From positions 1 to 64,000 of IMG/VR virus record IMGVR_UViG_3300010885_021377: a DNA stretch of 64,000 bases; one strand, written 5' to 3'. Origin of the DNA: a virus (lineage: Duplodnaviria; Caudoviricetes). Under the pieces are notes generated by a model, which worked only from the letters and a program-made list of their open reading frames with translations, was not told the origin of the DNA and ran no database searches. Each line of letters opens with the position of its first letter. The stretch's first letter is position 1. The position numbers and the translations under genes were made by a program. Below, piece by piece: positions 30,312-38,564 of the stretch.

Positions 30312-31304
30312 CTAACCTTTACTGGCATACTTTAGTATAAACTCTGGAGTAATTTGATTAATTTTTAATGACATTGCAATGTCATTAAAATCTTTATATT
30401 TCTTGCCTAATTCTTTCGGCCAAAGAAATATATTTTCTTTTAATTCCATTAATTTTTTAGTTTTATTGAACGCAGCTTTATCTTTCCATTGAGAATCTAA
30501 TACCCAGATTCTCCGATGAAATGGATATTTATTTATTTGTTCCTTTTGTTTTGGAGTAAATAATTGATAGGAATTTTCTTGAATCCCTCCTATTGCTACT
30601 CCATTTTCTACGAATGTAGAATTTAATGGACCCTCAAATATAAAGATTACATCATTATTAGTATTAATTCTGTCAATATTAAAAATTGTTTTTTCGCTTC
30701 CTAGTTTGGATAAATATCTAGGTCTGTATATTTCATCTGTTTCTAATATTGTTCTAGATTGATAATATACTATCTTATTATTAAGATCATAAAAAGGAAT
30801 TACTAATCGATTTTTATGAACTTTATCTGTCAAAGATATGTAATATGACGGTGGTCTATTTATGGATATTTTTAATAATCTTTTATCTATAAATGTTAAT
30901 GCCTTCTGTACTACCTTGTGATTTTTGTAGAAATTTACTTGAGTATCATCCATCAGATTTATACAATCTTTCGGTAAAGTCTCCGATTGTATATTCACTC
31001 GACTTTCCTCTTCAAATTTTAATTCAATCGAAGAGTCGTCTAATTCGTGTATAATCTCCGCTATGGAAAATCCAGTTATTTCCATGATCCATGACATAGC
31101 AGATTTACTATATCCACAATTATGGCAAAATGTTCTACTTATCTTGGGGATATAGTAGAACCTTCGTTTTTTAAGCCAGCTAGATCCTTCCCTACACATC
31201 GGGCATGAACCTTGATATGTGTTGTTATATTTATTTTTTTCCGGTGCTCCTACATATTGGAAAAATTTCAATACTACATAATCTTCGGGTATAACTTTCA
31301 CCAA
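30312..31304 (-). CDS. gp61: DNA primase, gp61-like
   Basis: Zinc finger CPMC...CHNC, RLVIPFYD...YQSR, TOPRIM IFEGP and KDFND. True start may be GTG 31301. Confidence 0.9.
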   Translation of the reverse strand: MVKVIPEDYVVLKFFQYVGAPEKNKYNNTYQGSCPMCREGSSWLKKRRFYYIPKISRTFCHNCGYSKSAMSWIMEITGFSIAEIIHELDDSSIELKFEEESRVNIQSETLPKDCINLMDDTQVNFYKNHKVVQKALTFIDKRLLKISINRPPSYYISLTDKVHKNRLVIPFYDLNNKIVYYQSRTILETDEIYRPRYLSKLGSEKTIFNIDRINTNNDVIFIFEGPLNSTFVENGVAIGGIQENSYQLFTPKQKEQINKYPFHRRIWVLDSQWKDKAAFNKTKKLMELKENIFLWPKELGKKYKDFNDIAMSLKINQITPEFILKYASKG

Positions 31305-31339
31305 TCCAGTATACCAATATAACTTCCAAAATACAACAC

Positions 31340-31543
31340 TTATCTACACTGATTTGTGATATCTTCTTTAGTTACTGCATCTAAAACTTTGACCATACCT
31401 TTTCTTATGAATGCTCCTGACTTAGAATCTATCCAGTGCGCTTCTACATATATCTTATCTCCATATAGACGTTCTACAATCTTAGGTTGAATTGGTTCTC
31501 CGCTTATTGGTGAAGTAATCTGTATCGGTCTTACGATTTCCAT
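31340..31543 (-). CDS. Small hypothetical late protein
   Basis: 67 aa; TAAATA-N5-ATG. Confidence 0.5.
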   Translation of the reverse strand: MEIVRPIQITSPISGEPIQPKIVERLYGDKIYVEAHWIDSKSGAFIRKGMVKVLDAVTKEDITNQCR

Positions 31544-31547
31544 ATTA

Positions 31548-31811
31548 TTATTTAGTATTTTCTATGTTAAATGTATACTGTTTCTTTAATAGATTGAATA
31601 CTTTAGATGTTATTTTACTAGCATGTTCTACAATTTTATTATCCATACCGTAATAAAATTTATCTTTTGGTACTTTCCGGTTTATATTTTTAGGTATTGA
31701 TATGAAACAGAATTCTTCGGTTTCTTCTATAAATACAAACATCTCTCCTACATACATCCCCGTATTAATTGCATACGAATGACCTACTATTGGATGAGTA
31801 TCATCTTTCAT
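31548..31811 (-). CDS. Hypothetical protein
   Basis: 87-aa ORF translationally coupled to the upstream gene. Confidence 0.5.
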   Translation of the reverse strand: MKDDTHPIVGHSYAINTGMYVGEMFVFIEETEEFCFISIPKNINRKVPKDKFYYGMDNKIVEHASKITSKVFNLLKKQYTFNIENTK

Positions 31812-32173
31812 AAGGACGATCCTCCCCCATTCATAGAAAAAAATAATCTAGATAATGATGTATATAGTGCATCAGCATCTAGTTGGGTTTTGGCATTTGT
31901 TATTACTAATGGTTCGTTGTTCATATTATATCCTATGACTATAAAAGATCGGAGAAATTCTTCCATAGTAGCTATCAATGCATCCATTTCTAATTCGCTC
32001 CTAGAATATTTATCTTCTATATTCTTTTGTAATGCTTCTCTCAACAATTTTCGAATTTGTTCTGTGGATATAGAAGATACTTTAGGTTTTACATCTTTCT
32101 TTGAAATAATTTTTTTAGAAATTGCTTTTTTCTTTTTTGGAATTAATGGGGATTCTTCGTTATCTTGCGTCAT
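31808..32173 (-). CDS. Hypothetical protein
   Basis: 121-aa ORF with a basic N-terminus, within the minus-strand operon. Confidence 0.55.
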   Translation of the reverse strand: MTQDNEESPLIPKKKKAISKKIISKKDVKPKVSSISTEQIRKLLREALQKNIEDKYSRSELEMDALIATMEEFLRSFIVIGYNMNNEPLVITNAKTQLDADALYTSLSRLFFSMNGGGSSL

Positions 32174-32522
32174 TTGGTTTATTTTTATAAAAATTATTAT
32201 TATTTTCTAATGTAGGTATTCCTTTATCTATTAATAATTGAACGATTACCTCTATCGATTCTGTACTTATAGAAAAGTTTTTAGGAAAATAATTACCCCC
32301 ATCATTAAATTCAAACATTATCTCTCCATTAAAACTTCTATTATTATAACATGTTACAAATATAGAACTACCACCCGGATCTATTAATATAGTCCATCGT
32401 CTATGATCATGAATTCCATATTGTTGGAAAACTCTCAAGACACCAAATTTACAATCCCGAAGTCTTTTAATAAAGTATCCGGGGGTTCTAATTTTATTCT
32501 GCTGTCTTTTGTTTAAGATCAT
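32160..32522 (-). CDS. Hypothetical protein
   Basis: 120-aa ORF directly downstream of the clamp gene. Confidence 0.55.
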   Translation of the reverse strand: MILNKRQQNKIRTPGYFIKRLRDCKFGVLRVFQQYGIHDHRRWTILIDPGGSSIFVTCYNNRSFNGEIMFEFNDGGNYFPKNFSISTESIEVIVQLLIDKGIPTLENNNNFYKNKPNDAR

Positions 32523-32523
32523 A

Positions 32524-33264
32524 TTATGATACCATAGCTGTTGCTATATATTTTATTTTATATTTATCTTCAGATAAGTCAAAAGCAACAAACCCTCTTT
32601 GAGTATTCAATCTTATGTTAATCTCCTGCATCTTTAATGCTGAAATAATTCTAAAAATATCAAAATTTAATACTACCGGAGTTTCTATGTTAGGACCAAC
32701 ATATATATCCGATAATTTAGTTGTAAAACTATCTATATTATCTTTAGTTTTATCAGATAATTCTCCTACTAATGAGGTTCCATTAGATTTAATATATATT
32801 TTATTACTATCTGTAATAAATGTGCTACTTTTAATTAAAGACAATATTACACTAATTGGTATCGTAGATTCTACATCATAAACTAATGCTTCGATTTTAT
32901 CTAAATTAAAATTTGGTGTCTTAATAATATTATCATTAATAAGGTGAAATTTAAATTTAATATTGGACGATTTATATTCTATATTATTCTCGTTTAATAT
33001 CAGTTCCACCACATCACCTTCCGTACATTCAAAAGCTTTAATAAATTTTTTAATATCTGCAAAGCTAATACTTCTTTCTGCTGTATAATCGATAATTTCT
33101 ACATCTTTATATAAAGAATATAATACAAAATTACTATCTGGTGTTCTGCTTAAAGTTGAAATAGAATTGCTATCAATTTTAAGTGTACATAAATCATTAA
33201 TCCTCGATATGGGAATTAAGAACTTTTGAATAAATTCTGATTTATTGTTTATTTTTAATTTCAT
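32524..33264 (-). CDS. gp45: DNA sliding clamp, gp45-like
   Basis: 246 aa; ISFADIKKFIKAF...VELILNENNIEYKSSNIKFKFHLINDNIIKTP follows the gp45 pattern; replication context. Confidence 0.7.
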   Translation of the reverse strand: MKLKINNKSEFIQKFLIPISRINDLCTLKIDSNSISTLSRTPDSNFVLYSLYKDVEIIDYTAERSISFADIKKFIKAFECTEGDVVELILNENNIEYKSSNIKFKFHLINDNIIKTPNFNLDKIEALVYDVESTIPISVILSLIKSSTFITDSNKIYIKSNGTSLVGELSDKTKDNIDSFTTKLSDIYVGPNIETPVVLNFDIFRIISALKMQEINIRLNTQRGFVAFDLSEDKYKIKYIATAMVS

Positions 33265-33694
33265 AATTTTCTAACAAAGATACCATATTTTGCATGATTG
33301 TGTCCATCCTTTTTAGTCTTTTTTCTAGGTCATCTAATTTATTATTTATTGTAATAGCTGTTATACTATTATCAAAGTTAAATTCCATTTGGTCGGAATC
33401 TACCCTCGGTGGAAATTGTGTTTGTACACTATTATTTGGTATCGCAAGACTATTTTGTCTTGTGTTTGTCGCTGCTGACTTTATGAAAGATTGTGGATTG
33501 GCTTCTTGCAAAACCTTTTCTGCTAATCTATGAAACTCTTGTTTTTTAGGAGCAAGATATTGATTAGACGCAACTAGATTATTATCATATTTTGCAACTT
33601 CTCCGTATGTTTGCCCTAAAAAACCTACTAAAATATTTTGCAGTTCATTGGGATCTATCTGACTATTTTCTAAGATAAAGTTTTCTTCTGACAT
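33242..33694 (-). CDS. Hypothetical protein with a C-terminal coiled coil
   Basis: 150 aa; TAAGTA-N5-ATG. Confidence 0.5.
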   Translation of the reverse strand: MSEENFILENSQIDPNELQNILVGFLGQTYGEVAKYDNNLVASNQYLAPKKQEFHRLAEKVLQEANPQSFIKSAATNTRQNSLAIPNNSVQTQFPPRVDSDQMEFNFDNSITAITINNKLDDLEKRLKRMDTIMQNMVSLLENYEIKNKQ

Positions 33695-33709
33695 ATATTT
33701 ACTTATAAA

Positions 33710-33740
33710 AAAACCCTGAGTTTACTAGACTCAGGGTTTT
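33710..33740 (-). terminator. Intrinsic terminator after gp32
   Basis: aaaaccctgagt-7nt-actcagggtttt inverted repeat, T-run on the minus strand. Confidence 0.85.
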
Positions 33741-33762
33741 ATATATTACTTATTTAATTAAT

Positions 33763-34608
33763 TTATTCTAGCCCTTTCAACAATTCTGCTACCATCTCAT
33801 CTGAGATTTCGTTTTCATCAACCGAACTGGATTTCTCTGTTACTGCCGCCGGTTTAGCTTCTGCTGATGGTGCTGTATGTTGGGTTTGACTGGTAGGTTC
33901 TGCCGTACATAGAAAATGCACATTCCACATTTTCATCAATTCCTCTCCATTTTTGATCTGATTCACCGCAGTCAAATCGTGTACAGATTCATAAATTTCT
34001 TTTTGTTTTTCTGTAGATAAATTCAGATCGATTGGTGACGTAAACCTACTACTATCATAGGCAATGAACCCTCCCTGATTCTTTTCTACTTTAAGTTTGA
34101 AGTTCACTCCTGATGAAGACAAATCAAAAACCTTCGCTCCAAATTCATCCGAATCATCTCCACTGATTGCAGATGTAATCTTTTGGTCTAGTTTTTTCCC
34201 ATATCGGAAAATTTTAACTGTCCCATTGTTCTGGGGATTGACTGGATCCTCCACAACATATACATTTACATACCATTGCTCCTGCCATTTCACAGTTTCG
34301 ACTTTCTTCTTCTCTTCTTCCGAACCAGTCTTAGCAAGACGATACCGTTCCCTACCAATTGGATCTGGCTGGCCGATGGTCTGTAGACTCAGTGTGGATA
34401 CATACTGTCCAGTAGAAAAACTGTTCCAGCCATGAGTATAAAAGTGATAAAAGGTTTTACTAGGCTCTTTGATATTTGGTAGAAGCCTCAATACATATGT
34501 ATTGCCTTCTTTGAATTTTAGGATTTCTTTATACAGAGGACTTCCAGCGGAAGTCTCACTTTTTGCTAGCGCATCTTTAATAGATTGGAACATTGATGTA
34601 GTGATCAT
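33763..34608 (-). CDS. gp32: Single-stranded DNA-binding protein, gp32-like
   Basis: YVLRLLP, YVNVYVVEDPVNPQNNGTVKIFRYGKK, VFDL...GVNFKLKV, YDSSRF; acidic C-terminal tail. Confidence 0.9.
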   Translation of the reverse strand: MITTSMFQSIKDALAKSETSAGSPLYKEILKFKEGNTYVLRLLPNIKEPSKTFYHFYTHGWNSFSTGQYVSTLSLQTIGQPDPIGRERYRLAKTGSEEEKKKVETVKWQEQWYVNVYVVEDPVNPQNNGTVKIFRYGKKLDQKITSAISGDDSDEFGAKVFDLSSSGVNFKLKVEKNQGGFIAYDSSRFTSPIDLNLSTEKQKEIYESVHDLTAVNQIKNGEELMKMWNVHFLCTAEPTSQTQHTAPSAEAKPAAVTEKSSSVDENEISDEMVAELLKGLE

Positions 34609-34650
34609 ATTTTAGTTTTTGGTTTGTTGGTTTTTGGTTTGTGAGTTAAC

Positions 34651-34679
34651 ATATTATCATACAAGAAAAGATAAGTCAA
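34651..34679 (-). promoter_or_regulatory. Sigma70-type promoter of gp32 (TTGACT-17-TAATAT, extended TG)
   Basis: Motif and spacing read directly from the minus strand. Confidence 0.75.
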
Positions 34680-34680
34680 G

Positions 34681-34971
34681 CTACTTTTTGGCTTCCATAT
34701 AAATCTTGTATACCGTAATTGCTTTTTGTGTAGTGTAAAATTTCAAATAAAAAGTTTCGGATTCCGAATATATAGCATACGGAGCTTTAAAGAAATCTGA
34801 AATTGCAATTTCTTTATGCTTTTCGAATAATACCGCCAATCTTTTTAGAGCTATTCCAACAGTTTCGTCTAATTTTGAAAAATCTTTTCGTAATTTAAAC
34901 GGTTGGTTTTTTGATTTTCTTGACTCTTTTAGGTACTCGTTGTAGATGGTCTTTTCTAAATCCGTATACAT
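34681..34971 (-). CDS. Possible gp59-like helicase loader (N-terminal-like domain)
   Basis: Position immediately upstream of gp32, as for gene 59 in T4; loose resemblance only (IYNEYLK...PFKLRKDFSK...LKRLAVLF). Confidence 0.35.
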   Translation of the reverse strand: MYTDLEKTIYNEYLKESRKSKNQPFKLRKDFSKLDETVGIALKRLAVLFEKHKEIAISDFFKAPYAIYSESETFYLKFYTTQKAITVYKIYMEAKK

Positions 34972-35245
34972 GCTTCTTTACTTTTATTCCTTGTGATGAA
35001 TTTAAATATTTGGATATATATTTACTTTTTGATATAGTAGGATCGTATTCTATAAAAAATTTAAACAAATCGTAATCGTTGTCTATAGACAATAAACATT
35101 TTAACAAATTTTTATAGGTCTCGTTTTTCAAAACTAATAAAAATATATTAGGTAAATTTAATTTTTTACCATTTATTATACATACTAAACTACAGAAACA
35201 TAAAAAATTATGAGTATTTTCGTCTTTATCTATATCAGATTCCAT
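34895..35245 (-). CDS. Hypothetical protein
   Basis: 116-aa ORF overlapping the next gene. Confidence 0.45.
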   Translation of the reverse strand: MESDIDKDENTHNFLCFCSLVCIINGKKLNLPNIFLLVLKNETYKNLLKCLLSIDNDYDLFKFFIEYDPTISKSKYISKYLNSSQGIKVKKHVYGFRKDHLQRVPKRVKKIKKPTV

Positions 35246-35277
35246 CTTTATACATTTATCGTAAATGAATAAAAAAT

Positions 35278-35964
35278 CTACTGTTGATATTCGTTTAAGA
35301 ATTTTTCATTACTATCACTCCACATTTTATCATGTATGGACAACAATCCCGGAGAACTGTGTATAACATGTATAGGATAAACTCCAATTTTCAGCTTTTC
35401 TCTATTAGCATCTATACAACTAGCTATATCATAATGATGGAATGTATAATTTTCATTAAACTTCCAATTAGTTTTTGTTACCGTTGGGATATGTATTGAT
35501 ATAAACAATCCATCAGCTATTGCAACTCTTGATGGTGTTGGACCAAATGGAGTTACCATATTTTGATTTACGTTTCCTGCTGGATGCGCTACCTGTCCCC
35601 TTTGCTGGTTTCTTTCTGTCATTATATGCCACAAGGCTGGATTTGTCAATCTGGGATTCAGACCTCCTGCCAATCCTATAATATTATACCCTAATTTATA
35701 GCCTTGATTTAACTTTTCATAAAGTTTTAAATCATCTATATATACATCATCATGTACAAACACTATAAATTCTGCACCAGAGTTTTTATATTCCTCAATT
35801 TTTCTATTATATGCAACTGGTAAACCTTCTGTATTTTCCCATATAATATCTAATTTATATGCCGGGGTATTCAATCCATCTTTCCAAGATCGATATAACG
35901 GCAATAGATTCGCTTCTATTTCTAATTTTCTGGTGCAAGATATAATTATTACTTTCGGTATCAT
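35278..35964 (-). CDS. GT-A fold glycosyltransferase (GT2-like)
   Basis: LPVAYN...FIVFVHDDVYIDD metal-binding motif; DGLFISI, FHHYDIASC. Confidence 0.75.
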   Translation of the reverse strand: MIPKVIIISCTRKLEIEANLLPLYRSWKDGLNTPAYKLDIIWENTEGLPVAYNRKIEEYKNSGAEFIVFVHDDVYIDDLKLYEKLNQGYKLGYNIIGLAGGLNPRLTNPALWHIMTERNQQRGQVAHPAGNVNQNMVTPFGPTPSRVAIADGLFISIHIPTVTKTNWKFNENYTFHHYDIASCIDANREKLKIGVYPIHVIHSSPGLLSIHDKMWSDSNEKFLNEYQQ

Positions 35965-36012
35965 TTAATTAAAATTTATATCAAATTCTCAAAAAATCAA
36001 TAAATAATAATT

Positions 36013-36720
36013 ATGAGCATCTTAAACCGTCCGGGTTGGGCAAATCGCACCATTGTGAATGAAGGTAGATTACATTCTGATGAATTGAAACATAGAATTA
36101 CCAATTTATTCCGTAGAACTTCTCTGGGGAATTCTCCTACTTATGCTGTTGGCAAAATTGCTGATATTCTAAGAAGAGAAAAGGGCGATGATATAGACAT
36201 TAATGATATTGCCGATGAAGATATTATCCGTATCGCAAACGACGAAGAAGTAACTAATGGAAAATTTCAACCAGAACTAAAAGGCGGAATTGCCGATGCT
36301 CGCCAAGAATCCGAAGATCAGATGTCAGGATTAGACTCTGGACTGCCATCAGATCAAGATGTAGATGATCAGAATGAGGTAGATGATACTAACCCGAATA
36401 ATGATGATGATCAATTATCATCTGATGATATGGGTGATATCGGCATTAATATTAAAGACGAAGAAGCGGAAGAACCTAATAACCACCAAGAAGAACAAGA
36501 GGAAGAACAAGACGAAGAACAAGAGGAACATGAATACCATTCACATAATTGTAGTAGATGTGAATCTCAGAGACCTCGAAATGAAATTCCAGTTAATAAA
36601 GTAATCAGAAAAGAAAATACAAAACTTTCCTCCAAAGCTGTAAATGAATTGTTGAAGGAAAATTATATTAAATCTCGACAACATCGATTTATAGTAGAAG
36701 AACGATACGGAAAGTTCTAA
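36013..36720 (+). CDS. Acidic late protein
   Basis: D/E/Q-rich centre; TAAATA-N6-ATG; V-N-E and L-K-E motifs. Confidence 0.55.
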   Translation: MSILNRPGWANRTIVNEGRLHSDELKHRITNLFRRTSLGNSPTYAVGKIADILRREKGDDIDINDIADEDIIRIANDEEVTNGKFQPELKGGIADARQESEDQMSGLDSGLPSDQDVDDQNEVDDTNPNNDDDQLSSDDMGDIGINIKDEEAEEPNNHQEEQEEEQDEEQEEHEYHSHNCSRCESQRPRNEIPVNKVIRKENTKLSSKAVNELLKENYIKSRQHRFIVEERYGKF

Positions 36721-36749
36721 TAAAAAAGCCCCCGGGGGCTTTTTTATTA
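36718..36749. terminator. Perfect 32-bp palindrome, probable bidirectional terminator
   Basis: TAATAAAAAAGCCCCCGGGGGCTTTTTTATTA is its own reverse complement; its ends are the TAA stops of two convergent genes. Confidence 0.8.
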
Positions 36750-36971
36750 ACCATGAAGTACAATACTTCGTTTATAATTTTCTTTCAATACTAATCCTTT
36801 TGCGATACTTAAAATTTCAGAAGGATTCATTGTTTCCCAATTCATTATTCGAGTATCAGCATCTCCGACTTTTACTAAAAGTACATTACCATCAGCATGA
36901 ACTGCAACATACTTTCCTTGCATTGCAAATTCAGTAAATAATAATTTAGTTACACTGTTTATATCATTCAT
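36747..36971 (-). CDS. Small hypothetical late protein
   Basis: 74 aa; TAAATA-N6-ATG. Confidence 0.5.
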   Translation of the reverse strand: MNDINSVTKLLFTEFAMQGKYVAVHADGNVLLVKVGDADTRIMNWETMNPSEILSIAKGLVLKENYKRSIVLHG

Positions 36972-36983
36972 ATCTTTTATTTA

Positions 36984-38093
36984 CTATTCTATATCTTCTT
37001 TTTCTATTTCCTTTTCTAAATTAGCGATTTCTTTAGCTTGTTCATTAGAATATGCCCATTCAATTTTGATTTTATCTTCTAATAAAGGAATTATACCTTC
37101 CCATAATTTGGTATTACTTATAAATGACTTAGCATATCCTAGTTTTTCTCCATTAAATGAATACGTAGATCCAGTCTGTTCTATAATACCCAGTCCAACC
37201 GACAATTCTAGTAATCCGTGATATTTATCAGCTCCGCCTGCAAACGAAACGTATATCTCCCCTTCTAGATATTGTTTAATAAACCTATTTTTTGCTGTCA
37301 ATGCACGAATTATAATCCCCACATAATTTCTCTGGGAGACCGCAAGACCCCCCGTTTCGGATTTTACGACATCTTCCTTTACTGGCTTACGCATCAACTG
37401 TACTGAAACTGATGGCAAATATACGCAAGCTTTACCACCGGGCATATTCTTAACCAAGGTAGGATGAAGATCTCCCGGATTATCATATAAATGATTTGTT
37501 ATAATAATTGCAGTTTTAGTTTGTGCTGATAATTGAGTGCAAGTTCTCAGTAATGATTTAATTGCTCTAGCTCTAGTGCCCATATCTATACTAGATGAAT
37601 CTTTTTCTATTCTAGCAGTTTCCAATGCGCTCTCCAAATTTCCTATGGAATCAATAGCTATAATAAATCTCCCTTCTAATCCCTTCTCTTTTACATTTGT
37701 AAGAAACTTATGAAGACTGTTTCTGCATTGTTCTATACTAAATATAGGAACATGCATAATTTTGGCAGTATCTAATCCTAGACGTTCTGCTCCTTCCGGA
37801 TCTATAGCATTTTCAGAATCGAATATTACTGGTATTACTCCATTATTTTGAGCATTCGCCAGAATCTTTTGTACTATAGACGATTTATATGTCATACTCT
37901 CTCCGTAAAACATCGTAAGGCGACCACTCGGTACTCCGCCATTTCTCATCTTTCCACTGATTATAGCATCCAATACATAACTACCAGTACTAAACCATTT
38001 ATCCACTCTACTCAATGTTGAATTTTTAAGAAATGCTGCGTATGGGTTACCTTCTTCTAAAATCTCTAGTGCTTTGACAATATCTTTATCCAT
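36984..38093 (-). CDS. uvsX: RecA-like recombinase UvsX
   Basis: STGSYVLDAIISG, GVPSGRLTMFYGESMTYKS, FDSENA, IAIDSIGNL, DMGTRAR, IITNHLY, PGGKA. Confidence 0.93.
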   Translation of the reverse strand: MDKDIVKALEILEEGNPYAAFLKNSTLSRVDKWFSTGSYVLDAIISGKMRNGGVPSGRLTMFYGESMTYKSSIVQKILANAQNNGVIPVIFDSENAIDPEGAERLGLDTAKIMHVPIFSIEQCRNSLHKFLTNVKEKGLEGRFIIAIDSIGNLESALETARIEKDSSSIDMGTRARAIKSLLRTCTQLSAQTKTAIIITNHLYDNPGDLHPTLVKNMPGGKACVYLPSVSVQLMRKPVKEDVVKSETGGLAVSQRNYVGIIIRALTAKNRFIKQYLEGEIYVSFAGGADKYHGLLELSVGLGIIEQTGSTYSFNGEKLGYAKSFISNTKLWEGIIPLLEDKIKIEWAYSNEQAKEIANLEKEIEKEDIE

Positions 38094-38098
38094 AATTA

Positions 38099-38126
38099 AT
38101 TATATCACATTCTTTATAAGAATCAA
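38099..38126 (-). promoter_or_regulatory. Sigma70-type promoter of uvsX (TTGATT-16-TATAAT, extended TG); ATG 5 nt downstream
   Basis: Motif read directly from the sequence. Confidence 0.75.
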
Positions 38127-38127
38127 C

Positions 38128-38158
38128 AAAAAAACCCCTGCATAACAGGGGTTTTTTT
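38128..38158 (-). terminator. Intrinsic terminator after the gp43 operon
   Basis: aaaaaaacccctg-cataa-caggggttttttt. Confidence 0.85.
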
Positions 38159-38178
38159 ACTTCTAATTATACCAAAAT

Positions 38179-38529
38179 CTATTCATCAAATAGTTTTACC
38201 ACATTTTCACTATCTGGCTGTGTAGTTTCCGTAACAGGTTGATTAGAAGCTACTCTAACATACTGTTCCAGTAATCGACCATCAATATTCACAGTACCAA
38301 TGGTGATTTGATTTAAATTAAAATTCCAAGTACTTCCTTCGGTTCGAGTGGATGAATCTATAAATTCTGCAAAGAATAAAGGAATCAACTGTACTTGAAG
38401 TTGACCGTTTTGTGCCTGTGCGACATTAATCATTGCAGGATTTTTAACAGAAATTGTGGAATCTGTTCTTGCCAGTTCTTCTCCCATAATATTCCGTCCG
38501 ATAGAATCAATAAATGTGATAGTATTCAT
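38179..38529 (-). CDS. Hypothetical small beta-rich protein (possibly Sm-like)
   Basis: MNTITFIDSIGRNIMGE...VKNPAMI; start reassigned to ATG 38529. Confidence 0.45.
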   Translation of the reverse strand: MNTITFIDSIGRNIMGEELARTDSTISVKNPAMINVAQAQNGQLQVQLIPLFFAEFIDSSTRTEGSTWNFNLNQITIGTVNIDGRLLEQYVRVASNQPVTETTQPDSENVVKLFDE

Positions 38530-38564
38530 ATTGAGATAATATTTTAACACATATTTATAAAATA

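Noticed and set aside
34895-35245. Candidate gp33 late co-activator by position
   Set aside because: No recognisable sequence similarity to gp33; position alone is insufficient.
37880-37910. UvsX Walker A reads GESMTYKS rather than GxxxxGK(S/T)
   Set aside because: T4 UvsX also has an aromatic residue there (GPSKSFKS), so this is a family trait, not inactivation.
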